Assembly: GCA_028713205.1 (NCBI GenBank)
Contig: JAQTOZ010000001.1
Coordinates: forward strand, 1 to 49,512
DNA length: 49,512 nucleotides
Direction of reading: 5' to 3'
Source of the DNA: Candidatus Omnitrophota bacterium
GTDB taxonomy: Bacteria; Omnitrophota; Omnitrophia; Omnitrophales; Aquincolibacteriaceae
Made by a program: the position numbers and the translations under genes. Below, piece by piece: positions 19,079 to 27,418 of this stretch. Positions within the stretch are counted from its first letter, which is position 1, and every line of letters starts with the position of its first letter. The notes beneath the pieces were generated by a model. That model searched no databases. It was not told the DNA's origin and saw nothing but the letters and a program-made list of their open reading frames with translations.

Positions 19079-19873
19079 TTATAAGTAGCGTTTTTGCAAG
19101 GCTCCGTATAAGGTTGAAGGATTGTATCGCTTGTTGGCATCACAAAACAATTCCTTTTTCAGGACATGGATTCGAAGCCACCGTTTCAATTTTCGTTTCC
19201 AAGGTAACTTTCGTGTCCAAAGAGTATGAAGTAAATGGATTCCGTAAGTCCCATTTTGGATTTCGTAACGAGCGCGGGGATCGACCAAAACCTGATAATG
19301 ACGGCCGTCGATCGGGCAAAAAACATCGGGGGATTTAACGTAAGACGAAAGCCCGGAACGGTGAACGGCGGCATCGATAAAAGGAGGGCCGATCTCTCCA
19401 AAGGATATGTTTTTTAAATCTTTTCCCATGCTGTCTTCATAACACCTCTTGATAACAAGATCGCCCCGGGGGGCTTTCAGGACGTTCCCGTTGCAGCAGA
19501 TTTCTTTTCCATAAATGGCCCTTTCCGATGAGATCACATAAGGTTCGGGGAAATCAAACGGTTTGAGGCAGATCTCATCCAGATCACACCAGAACCCTCC
19601 TTTGTCATAAAGTAATTTGTACCTGAATAAGTCCGAAAAACCGGTCACAAGGCCTTTCCCGAATCCTTTTCGATGTTTGAAAATATATTGCCGGGGGACG
19701 ATTTCATCAGCGTTTTTCACCACGGTGCCGTCCGGAATATCTTTTGTTTTTGCATACGTATACAGGTGATATTCATGACCGTTTGCCATGAACGATTTGA
19801 TGGACAATTGCGCCGTCAGCGGTAATCGCCGGCCGATCCATAACCCTTGAATGATTCGATTTTCCTCTAACAC
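19079..19873 (-). CDS. Glycosyltransferase with DXD sugar-binding region (Gly_transf_sug-like)
   Basis: IIQGLWIG..LP....LSIKSF...GHEYHLYTY and FSDLFRYKLLYDKGGFWCDLDEICLKPF (DLD motif). GTG start. Confidence 0.7.
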   Translation of the reverse strand: MLEENRIIQGLWIGRRLPLTAQLSIKSFMANGHEYHLYTYAKTKDIPDGTVVKNADEIVPRQYIFKHRKGFGKGLVTGFSDLFRYKLLYDKGGFWCDLDEICLKPFDFPEPYVISSERAIYGKEICCNGNVLKAPRGDLVIKRCYEDSMGKDLKNISFGEIGPPFIDAAVHRSGLSSYVKSPDVFCPIDGRHYQVLVDPRARYEIQNGTYGIHLLHTLWTRKLPWKRKLKRWLRIHVLKKELFCDANKRYNPSTLYGALQKRYL

Positions 19874-20085
19874 CGTATTCCCTTTTTGATGCGGCCTTTT
19901 ATCTTGCGGTTCGCTTGACTCAATAACCTTCTATCACGAAAGATGGAGAGGTTCCAATAATTTTTGCGGCGAAACGGAGCGCCGTTGCGGACGGTTTCCT
20001 GTCGCTAAGTAATCAGGCAAAAGAGCCGATACATAGTCTACCGTATAAATCCGGACGTTAACGATCAAGTTAAAGGGGCTGCTTT

Positions 20086-21741
20086 TTGGACGAACAACCG
20101 ATCAAAGTCCTTCTTTTTGAAGATGATGAGAGCTTTGCCAATATTGTGACGACCCGGCTTACCGCCGAGACCAGCGAGAAATTTGAGCTCGAAAACGTCG
20201 CCAGTCTTGCCGAAGGGATCGAGCGGCTTTGCCAGCACAAAGTCGATGTCATCCTCCTGGATTTGAATCTTCCCGACGGCCAGGGGGTCGAAAACGTCGA
20301 AAAGATCCGCCTGTATGCACCCTTAGTGCCGATTGTGATCTTCACGGGAATGGATGATGAGGACATGGCGATCCGTGCCCTGCAGAAGGGCGCCGAAGAT
20401 TATGTGGTCAAGGGGTCTGTCCCCGCCAAGTTGCTGACGCGAATCATCCTCTATGCGATCGAGCGTAACCGCATCAAACGGGATCTGGATTATGCCAAGA
20501 AGCAGCTTGAACAAATGGTCCTCATCGATCCGCTGACCGAAATACTCAATCGCCGCGGTTTGCAAGAGGCCCTCTCGCGCGAAACGATGATGCTGCGCCG
20601 TTACGGGACGAGCCTCATTTCGATGCTCATCGATCTCGATAATTTCAAAATGATCAATGATTCTCTCGGCCACAATGTCGGCGATATCATCCTGAAAGAG
20701 GTCGCGCGCGTGATCAAAGAGAAGCTGCGTTTTACGGACCACATCTCGCGTATCGGCGGCGATGAATTCCTGGCGCTGATGCCCAATACGCGTTTGGGCG
20801 AAGGACTGCGGGTGGCGGAACGTTTGCGTCTCGCGATATCTTCCGCGGTGATTTCCGTGGATTCCGGCAAGCGGGTGACCGTCACGGCCAGCATGGGGGT
20901 GATCCAGATCGGCGACGCGGATTTTACGATCGACCAGCTCTTGGCCCAGACCCATCATATGCTCAAGAAAAGCAAACAAACGGGGAAGGATTCGATCACC
21001 TATTCGGACGGTCATTATGCGATTCAGCTGGAGAAAGATAAAAAGCTCTCGGAGTTCGTCGAGGTCGTTTCGAAGGGGATGGCCTTCCATGCCTTGAAGC
21101 ATCCTATCTTTTATCTGCGCAATGAGGCCCTGGCCGGCTACGAATTTTTAAGCCGCCTGCAATTTCCGACCTTTGAAATGCCGGATGATTTTTTCCGTTT
21201 GGCGCGTGAAGCGAAGATCCTGACCTTAGTCGATCATCAATGTTTCCGGTCCTGTATCCGGGCCGGATCGGATTTGCCCAAAGACATTGTCAGTTATATC
21301 AACCTGTTGCCCTCGACCTTGATCGACATTGCCCCGGAGAAACTGCTCGAAGAGTTTCCGAAGAACCGGCCGATGAAAAACTATTGTATCGAAATCAGCG
21401 AAAAGCAAGTGATCGGAAATCCTTCTTATCTCATCGAGCCGATCAAGACGTTGAAAAAAGCGGGTCTTTCGATTGCCTTGGATGACGTCGGATTCGGACA
21501 AAGCTGCTTGGAGAGTCTGGTCATCCTGGAGCCCGATATCATGAAAATCGACCGTTCCTGGATCAACGGGATTACCCAGGACAAATTCAAATTGAAACAA
21601 GTGGAACGGCTTTTGAAAATCGCCGACAGTCTCGGGTTGGAGGTCGTCGCGGAAGGGATCGAGACACGCGAAAATCTCGAGACTTTAAAGACGATGAATG
21701 TCAAATTCGGCCAAGGCTTCCTCTGGGGCAAGCCTGCCTAA
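20086..21741 (+). CDS. Response regulator receiver + GGDEF + EAL (c-di-GMP turnover protein)
   Basis: REC domain (VILLDLNLPDGQG). GGDEF with I-site (RFTD-HISRI-GGDEF). EAL domain motifs YEFLSR, DDVGFG, EGIETRE, GQGFLWGKP. TTG start with AAAGGGG RBS at 20072-20078. Confidence 0.9.
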   Translation: MDEQPIKVLLFEDDESFANIVTTRLTAETSEKFELENVASLAEGIERLCQHKVDVILLDLNLPDGQGVENVEKIRLYAPLVPIVIFTGMDDEDMAIRALQKGAEDYVVKGSVPAKLLTRIILYAIERNRIKRDLDYAKKQLEQMVLIDPLTEILNRRGLQEALSRETMMLRRYGTSLISMLIDLDNFKMINDSLGHNVGDIILKEVARVIKEKLRFTDHISRIGGDEFLALMPNTRLGEGLRVAERLRLAISSAVISVDSGKRVTVTASMGVIQIGDADFTIDQLLAQTHHMLKKSKQTGKDSITYSDGHYAIQLEKDKKLSEFVEVVSKGMAFHALKHPIFYLRNEALAGYEFLSRLQFPTFEMPDDFFRLAREAKILTLVDHQCFRSCIRAGSDLPKDIVSYINLLPSTLIDIAPEKLLEEFPKNRPMKNYCIEISEKQVIGNPSYLIEPIKTLKKAGLSIALDDVGFGQSCLESLVILEPDIMKIDRSWINGITQDKFKLKQVERLLKIADSLGLEVVAEGIETRENLETLKTMNVKFGQGFLWGKPA

Positions 21742-21782
21742 AATTTCGCGGATGCGGTTTGATCGATTCGGTTCCGGAGTGC

Positions 21783-23075
21783 TCAAATCATCTGATACGA
21801 CAGATTTTCTTCGTCCGGGGGAACCGTTTCCTTGATCTTGAGCAACGGAACGATGAAGCGCACGCCGCGCTGTTTCAAGGGTTCGATTTTACCGAGAATT
21901 TCCCGAGCGAAATTCCACGCAAAGATGATGATAAAATCCGGCCGGTGGGTTTCCAGACGGGCACTTGAGACAATCGGAATCCGTGTGCCCGGGACGAAAT
22001 GATTTTGTTTGAGCGGGTTGTCGTCGACGACATAATCGATCTGGCGAGTGTTTAACTCGCAGAAGTTGATGATGGTCGATGCCTTGGCCGGCGCGCCGTA
22101 ACCCGCGATTGACCGTCCTTCCGCCCTGATTTTTTCGATACAGGCCAACAGATCCGTTTTGACCTTCATGACTTTTCCGGCAAAGGTCCGGTAAACCTGC
22201 TCGGAATCGAATCCACGGCGTTTTTCTTCGGCGAGAAAGGCTGATACCACCGGTTCGATTTTATGACGTCCCTCTTTTTTCTTGATAAAGACCCTCAGGG
22301 AACCGCCGTGGGAGGCCACTTCCTGAATATCAAAAACCTCCATCCCGAATTGCGGCAAAAGGCGTGTCAGAGGAGTGACGGCGATATAGGAAAGATGTTC
22401 GTGGTAAATCATATCGAAATACATTTTCTCGAGCATCACCCCCAGATAAGGGAACTCGATCACAAAGATCCCGTTTTTATCCAGCAGTTCGGAAACGTTA
22501 CGGCAAACGGCATGGATGTCGTTGATATGCGCGAAGACGTTGTTGCCGCTGACGGCGTGGGCCTTGCCGAATTCGGCAAGGATGGCCGTCACACAGGCTT
22601 TATCAAAATAGCGGTTGAGTGTGCGCAGCCCTTTTTGGTTGGCTTCCTCCGCCAGATTGGTGGCCGGGTCGACGCCGACGGCACGCAGGCTTTCCTGTTG
22701 ATAGCAGGCCAGCAGGAGACCGTCGTTGCTGCCGATGTCAACCGCCAAAGGGTTCTTCGCATTTCCGAGCTTTTCCCGGACGGTGCAGGCGTAATCGGCA
22801 AAATGTTTTTGAAAGGTCTTTGTGGTGGAGCTGACGTAGAGATAATGTTTGAACATCAGATCGGGCGGAACGACATGGGTCAGTTGCACCAGATGACAGG
22901 ACGGACAAAGGGTGGTCCGGAGCGGGCACCGGAATTCTTCGTTGACGGGCGCGCTGACCGGGACATAGGAGTTGGCCAAAGCCACGGAGCCCAGATCGAG
23001 AAAGGCCGCAGGCAAAGGAGTCCTGCAATAACGGCACGTTTTTTTCAGATACTGATCGTGAGGGGGCGTGTTCAT
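21783..23075 (-). CDS. SAM-dependent C-methyltransferase of the NDP-sugar 3-C-methyltransferase (TylCIII-like) type
   Basis: N-terminal 4-Cys zinc module (CRYCRTPL...CPSCHLVQL), a class I methyltransferase core (AVDIGSNDG), and a C-terminal C-methyltransferase-type domain. Overlaps the SDR gene by 4 nt (ATGA). Confidence 0.8.
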   Translation of the reverse strand: MNTPPHDQYLKKTCRYCRTPLPAAFLDLGSVALANSYVPVSAPVNEEFRCPLRTTLCPSCHLVQLTHVVPPDLMFKHYLYVSSTTKTFQKHFADYACTVREKLGNAKNPLAVDIGSNDGLLLACYQQESLRAVGVDPATNLAEEANQKGLRTLNRYFDKACVTAILAEFGKAHAVSGNNVFAHINDIHAVCRNVSELLDKNGIFVIEFPYLGVMLEKMYFDMIYHEHLSYIAVTPLTRLLPQFGMEVFDIQEVASHGGSLRVFIKKKEGRHKIEPVVSAFLAEEKRRGFDSEQVYRTFAGKVMKVKTDLLACIEKIRAEGRSIAGYGAPAKASTIINFCELNTRQIDYVVDDNPLKQNHFVPGTRIPIVSSARLETHRPDFIIIFAWNFAREILGKIEPLKQRGVRFIVPLLKIKETVPPDEENLSYQMI

Positions 23076-23803
23076 GAATTGGGCGGTACTTCCACCGCCG
23101 TGATTTTGTTGTGACGGATAACGATATCGCTTCCGCTCGCGAGCGGGATCTCGCCATCCGCGATTTTGATGATTTTATCGGCGACAAAATCCGTACTTTG
23201 CTGTTTGACGGCGTCTTCTTCTCCGAAAAGGTCCGAGCGCATTTGGGTGTTCATGCCGCCGGGGCAGACCGTCACGCATTTCAAATCGACATCGGTGTTT
23301 TCTTTGGCAATGGCCTGGGTGAGGGCCAGGATGCCGAACTTGCTGACGGAGTATCCCGCGAGGTTCGGTACGGCCCGCTTGCCGGCCATCGAAGAGATGT
23401 TGAGAATCATGCCCTGCTTTTGGCTGCGGAAAATCGGGATGAAATATTTGCACATCAGAAAAGCCGAGATCAGGTTGACCGAAAGGTGCCGCTCGAATTC
23501 ATTCAGCGAATGGTCTTCCGTGCGCATCAACCGTCCGCCGTAACCGGCGTTGTTGATGAGGATGTCGATACGGGAGGCCTTGACCTTGAAAATCCGCACA
23601 AATTTCAGGACCTGGGATTCTTTGGTCAAATCCAAAACGTGAAATGACAAATTTTTGTGATCGGGAATCGTCGCAAGCGCGCTCTTCCAGTATTGTTGTG
23701 TCTTGCTGATACCGAAGACACGGTCTCCGGCCTGCAGAAATCTCCGGGTCAAGCTTAATCCGAGTCCCCGGCTGGCTCCTGTGATGATCACGGTTCTGGA
23801 CAT
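23072..23803 (-). CDS. Short-chain dehydrogenase/reductase (putative sugar ketoreductase)
   Basis: TGASRGLG cofactor motif, NNAG, YSVSK (YxxxK). Confidence 0.9.
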   Translation of the reverse strand: MSRTVIITGASRGLGLSLTRRFLQAGDRVFGISKTQQYWKSALATIPDHKNLSFHVLDLTKESQVLKFVRIFKVKASRIDILINNAGYGGRLMRTEDHSLNEFERHLSVNLISAFLMCKYFIPIFRSQKQGMILNISSMAGKRAVPNLAGYSVSKFGILALTQAIAKENTDVDLKCVTVCPGGMNTQMRSDLFGEEDAVKQQSTDFVADKIIKIADGEIPLASGSDIVIRHNKITAVEVPPNS

Positions 23804-23827
23804 AAAGGCCTGTCTGTGTGCGACGTC

Positions 23828-24244
23828 CTATCGGGTCGCGACTTGTTTGAGGTTCGGATTTATATAGCCTTCCGTGACCTGAAAGGCAAAGGTATCGTTT
23901 TCATATTTGCCGTCTTCGCGTTCGCGGGTTGTCATGGCCAGGAATACCGAATCCTCGGTGAATTTCTGGGCGTGGGCAATCATCGGCGGCGTTGCGACGA
24001 TGTCCCCGGGCCGTACGCGCAGCACTTGCTTCTTTTCGGGGCTGTCCACGGCGCAGCAGTGACTTTCGTAGGCCCCGCTTACCAGATAGATGTATTGATA
24101 ATCTTCTTTGTGATAATGGTTGGCGCGTACCGACCCTTTTTTGGAGGTGATTAAGGCGACGTGCCCCAGTTTTCCTTCAAATAAGTTATAAATTTCGCCG
24201 CGTTGATCTTTGACGGCCGCGTCGATGTGTTTCAAGGTTTCCAT
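23828..24244 (-). CDS. Cupin-fold protein (sugar epimerase/ketoisomerase-like, CapF C-terminal/WbuC-like)
   Basis: 138-aa ORF with DQRGEIYNLFE...SVRANHYHKEDYQYIYLVSG...PPMIAHA cupin motifs. Operon context with sugar-nucleotide enzymes. Confidence 0.6.
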   Translation of the reverse strand: METLKHIDAAVKDQRGEIYNLFEGKLGHVALITSKKGSVRANHYHKEDYQYIYLVSGAYESHCCAVDSPEKKQVLRVRPGDIVATPPMIAHAQKFTEDSVFLAMTTREREDGKYENDTFAFQVTEGYINPNLKQVATR

Positions 24245-24264
24245 GGGATGGTATCTCCTCTGGG

Positions 24265-25677
24265 TTAAAAGTTAAATTCACGGAACCATTTGATGGTCCG
24301 GACAAGCCCTTCTTCGAGCGGATAACGGGGTTTGAATCCCGTGACCTTGGTCAGCTTGGAGATGTCCGGGCAACGTCTTTTGGGATCGGCGCTGGCATAC
24401 ACGGTGTGAGGCGGATCGATATTGACGACGTCGACCTTGTAAGGCATAAACTCCGCAACCATCGCTCCCAGATCCTTGACGGAAATTTCGGGTGCGGGAT
24501 TGCCGATATTGAAGGCCTCTCCGTTTGCCTTTGAAAAAAGCACTTTGAAAAGCGCTTCGAGCGCGTCATTGATGTAACAAAACGAGCGCGTGTTTTTCCC
24601 TTCGCCGTGAATCGGGAGGGGCTCTTTCCTTAAGGCATGTTCGATGAAATTGGGGAGCACCCGATAATCATCGGGACGGATGCCGGGTCCGTAGACGTTA
24701 AAAGGCCTCACCATTTTGACCGGTACGTTGAACACCTTCCAGTAAGTCATGCACATCGTTTCCCCGAAACGCTTGGATTCATCGTAACAGGAACGCGGTC
24801 CCAAAATGGAGACATTCCCATAGTAATCTTCTTTCGTGGGGACATGTTTCGGGTCGGGATCGCCGTAAACTTCGCTTGAACTTGTGAAAAGGAAACTTTT
24901 CACGTTTTTGATGCGCGCAAGTTCCAGCATGTTGCGTGTCCCCAGCGTTCCGACATCCATGGTCTCGATGGGATATTTGGTGTAATAGACCGGGGAAGCG
25001 ATGCCGGCGGCATGAATCAGATAGTCAATCGGCTCATCCGTGCTAAAGGGCTTGACCACGTCTGCACGGTAAAACGCCAGATTTTCATCCGAAATGACGC
25101 GTTGTTCATAGCCTGTGACAAAATTATCGAGGAGCAGGGCCTTGGCCTTGCGGCTGAGAACGTTCTCATTCAAATATTTGAGAAGGAAGACCATGTAGCG
25201 GCCGAGAAAACCAAAAGCACCCGTGATCAGGAAAGTCTTTCCCGCGAAGAGGTGATAATAACCGTCGAGGCTTTTGGCGAGTTCCTTGATATCTTCGGTG
25301 ATGACCTTGGAAGTGGCCAATTCGCCGAGGCTGTTTCGCTTGGGCGCCCCGGCCGTTTTCGGTTTTGCGGGGGATTTCACCGGAGATTGGAGCGGTTCGG
25401 CTTTGGGTTCCTGCTTTTGCGGTATTGCTACCGTGGAGGCTTGGCCCGGCTGTTGCTTCGCCAGCGCGGTTTGTACCGCTTTTAAATCATCATCCAGCTC
25501 ATCGATCAGTCCGAGGTTGATATAACTTTTGATGACTTGTTGATAACCCATATCGCCTTTTTTCTCGGCAACTTTGCGCAACTTTGAAATGGTCTCTTTC
25601 GGGATGCGCATCGAAATGAGTTTGGTCCCCGAACCTTTATCTTGTTTTGGATCTTCTGATTTTTTATTTTTGGCCAT
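24265..25677 (-). CDS. UDP-glucuronate decarboxylase-like extended SDR fused to an N-terminal ribbon-helix-helix (BrnA/CopG-like) domain
   Basis: Residues ~17-60 read KLISMRIPKETISKLRKVAEKKGDMGYQQVIKSYINLGL (RHH strand-helix-helix with GYQxxI motif). A Pro/Lys-rich linker follows, then the Rossmann motif ITGAFGFLGRY and YDESKRFGE (YxxxK) in a UXS-like pattern. AAGGAGG RBS upstream of ATG 25677. Confidence 0.8.
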   Translation of the reverse strand: MAKNKKSEDPKQDKGSGTKLISMRIPKETISKLRKVAEKKGDMGYQQVIKSYINLGLIDELDDDLKAVQTALAKQQPGQASTVAIPQKQEPKAEPLQSPVKSPAKPKTAGAPKRNSLGELATSKVITEDIKELAKSLDGYYHLFAGKTFLITGAFGFLGRYMVFLLKYLNENVLSRKAKALLLDNFVTGYEQRVISDENLAFYRADVVKPFSTDEPIDYLIHAAGIASPVYYTKYPIETMDVGTLGTRNMLELARIKNVKSFLFTSSSEVYGDPDPKHVPTKEDYYGNVSILGPRSCYDESKRFGETMCMTYWKVFNVPVKMVRPFNVYGPGIRPDDYRVLPNFIEHALRKEPLPIHGEGKNTRSFCYINDALEALFKVLFSKANGEAFNIGNPAPEISVKDLGAMVAEFMPYKVDVVNIDPPHTVYASADPKRRCPDISKLTKVTGFKPRYPLEEGLVRTIKWFREFNF

Positions 25678-25733
25678 GAAGGGCCTCCTTTAATAAAACG
25701 GAAATAGTGACGCCTTTGCCGGTCGTACAGGTT

Positions 25734-25828
25734 TTTGTATATACGGTCATGGAATTAAGGCGAAACAGGTGTATTTGTATATACAAATAGCGCTTTTGTC
25801 AAGCTTTTTTTGCTAGCGTATATACAAA
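25734..25828. promoter_or_regulatory. Three phased GTATATAC-core palindromic operator candidates
   Basis: TTTGTATATAC at 25734-25744; perfect 16-bp palindrome ATTTGTATATACAAAT at 25773-25788; GTATATACAAA at 25818-25828. Core centres are 40 and 41 bp apart. Confidence 0.5.
25773..25802 (-). promoter_or_regulatory. Sigma-70-like promoter of the RHH-decarboxylase operon, overlapped by the central palindrome
   Basis: On the minus strand there is a perfect TTGACA (plus coordinates 25797-25802). TATACA / TACAAA -10 candidates at 15-17 nt spacing lie inside the 25773-25788 palindrome. Confidence 0.45.
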
Positions 25829-25924
25829 CTGATCGCAAGGGCGTGGGACCGGCCGGTTTGCGATTCAGGCCGCCGCACAAAGAAACTTTAGAAGGTGCGG
25901 TTCAAAGACTTGCGAGGGAAGGAA

Positions 25925-26305
25925 TCAGACGCCGAGGATTTTGTGGATTTCTTCGACGAGCTTTTCGATGTCAAAGGGTTTGGTGATATAACTGTTGGCG
26001 CCGATGACTTTACCGATGATGCGATCGACCTCGCCGATTTTTGCCGTGACCATGATAATCGGTGTTTGAGAGAAGATCTCATCGTCGCATTCGCGGATCG
26101 CTTTGCAGACTTCCTCACCGGAGAGTTCGGGGAGCATCAGGTCCAGGATGATCAAATCAGGCCTTTTTTCCCGTGCCTCCCGCAAACCGGCTTCGCCGTC
26201 GTGGGCGGTCAGGACCTCAAACCCGATTTTTCTGAGACGAAAGGAGAGCAGTTTGGTAATGTCCAATTCATCTTCAATGATAAGGATTTTTCTGCCGTTC
26301 GTCAT
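25925..26305 (-). CDS. Single-domain CheY-like response regulator
   Basis: 126-aa ORF with KILIIEDE...PDLIILDLMLPELSGEEV...ITKPF receiver motifs. Confidence 0.9.
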   Translation of the reverse strand: MTNGRKILIIEDELDITKLLSFRLRKIGFEVLTAHDGEAGLREAREKRPDLIILDLMLPELSGEEVCKAIRECDDEIFSQTPIIMVTAKIGEVDRIIGKVIGANSYITKPFDIEKLVEEIHKILGV

Positions 26306-26388
26306 AGAAAATCATGATACGCGATATCGGATGGCAATTCAAGAAACAATTTGCCATGCAGGTGATTTGCGCGCTATGATTCGCTTCC

Positions 26389-27342
26389 ATGAAGAGCGAA
26401 ATCAAAAGCTTACCGCCGGAATTCATCGAAAGGCTTCGCGGGATTCTTCCTCCCGGAAAATTTGATGCGGTCGCCAATACGTTTGCCGGTCCGAAACCGA
26501 CGACCTTTCGTGTTAATTCTTTGAAAACGACGCCGGGGAAAATTCAAGAAACTTTGGAGCAACATTCTTTCAGGATCGAAAAAGTTCCGTGGTGCCACGG
26601 CGCCTTTGTCCTGAAGGATGGTGACTTGCGCGGGCTTCAGGCCATGGACTGTTATCGGAACGGCGAGATATATGTCCAGAGCCTTTCGAGCATGATTCCG
26701 CCCCTTGTCCTGGATCCCCAACCCGGGGAAACGATCCTGGACATGACCGCGGCGCCGGGTAGCAAGACGACGCAAATGGCCGCGCTCATGAAAGGCCTTG
26801 GCCGGATCGTGGCCAACGATAATAACCGGACGCGTTTTTTTAAATTAAAGGCCAATGTGGAGATGCAAGGCGCCACCAATGTGGAGTTGAGTCTCCGGTA
26901 CGGCGAGACTTTCGGCCGCAGGCAGCCGGACGCTTATGACCGTATTTTGCTGGATGCGCCGTGCAGCGCAGAAGGGCGCTTCGATACCCGGGAGCCCGCT
27001 TCTTTCCGGTATTGGAAACCGGCCAAGGTCAAAGAAATGGCGCGCAAACAAAAAGTTCTTTTGGCTTCCGGAATCCATGCCCTCAAACCCGGCGGTGTTC
27101 TTGTTTATTCCACGTGCACTTTTGCCCCGGAAGAAAATGAAGGGGTCTTGGACTGGGCTCTGGGGAAGTATGAAGAAATAATTTCGATCGAAAAAATCAA
27201 TTTGCCTCTCCTGAATGTGATGTCCGGAATTCGCCAATGGCGGGACACGGCCTTTCATCCGTTTGTTCAGCTGGGCGTCCGTATTTTGCCCGATCCCGGG
27301 ATGGAAGGATTTTTTTTTGCGAAGATCCGCAAAAAATCTTAA
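26389..27342 (+). CDS. RsmB/RsmF (NOL1/NOP2/Sun) family rRNA m5C methyltransferase
   Basis: DMTAAPGSKTTQMA SAM motif, DAPCSAEGRF and LVYSTCTFAPEENE catalytic Cys motifs. Confidence 0.85.
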   Translation: MKSEIKSLPPEFIERLRGILPPGKFDAVANTFAGPKPTTFRVNSLKTTPGKIQETLEQHSFRIEKVPWCHGAFVLKDGDLRGLQAMDCYRNGEIYVQSLSSMIPPLVLDPQPGETILDMTAAPGSKTTQMAALMKGLGRIVANDNNRTRFFKLKANVEMQGATNVELSLRYGETFGRRQPDAYDRILLDAPCSAEGRFDTREPASFRYWKPAKVKEMARKQKVLLASGIHALKPGGVLVYSTCTFAPEENEGVLDWALGKYEEIISIEKINLPLLNVMSGIRQWRDTAFHPFVQLGVRILPDPGMEGFFFAKIRKKS

Positions 27343-27362
27343 GGCAGGAATCTCGATTCTAT

Positions 27363-27400
27363 AAAAAAGGCCCGGCTTCTTCAAGAAACCGGGCCTTTTA
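27363..27400. terminator. Bidirectional rho-independent terminator between convergent rRNA methyltransferase and groEL2 genes
   Basis: aaaaggcccgg (27365-27375) pairs with ccgggcctttt (27389-27399). The 13-nt loop is flanked by A-run/T-run sequences, so it can work on both strands. Confidence 0.7.
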
Positions 27401-27418
27401 AACATCTAACCCTTTTGA

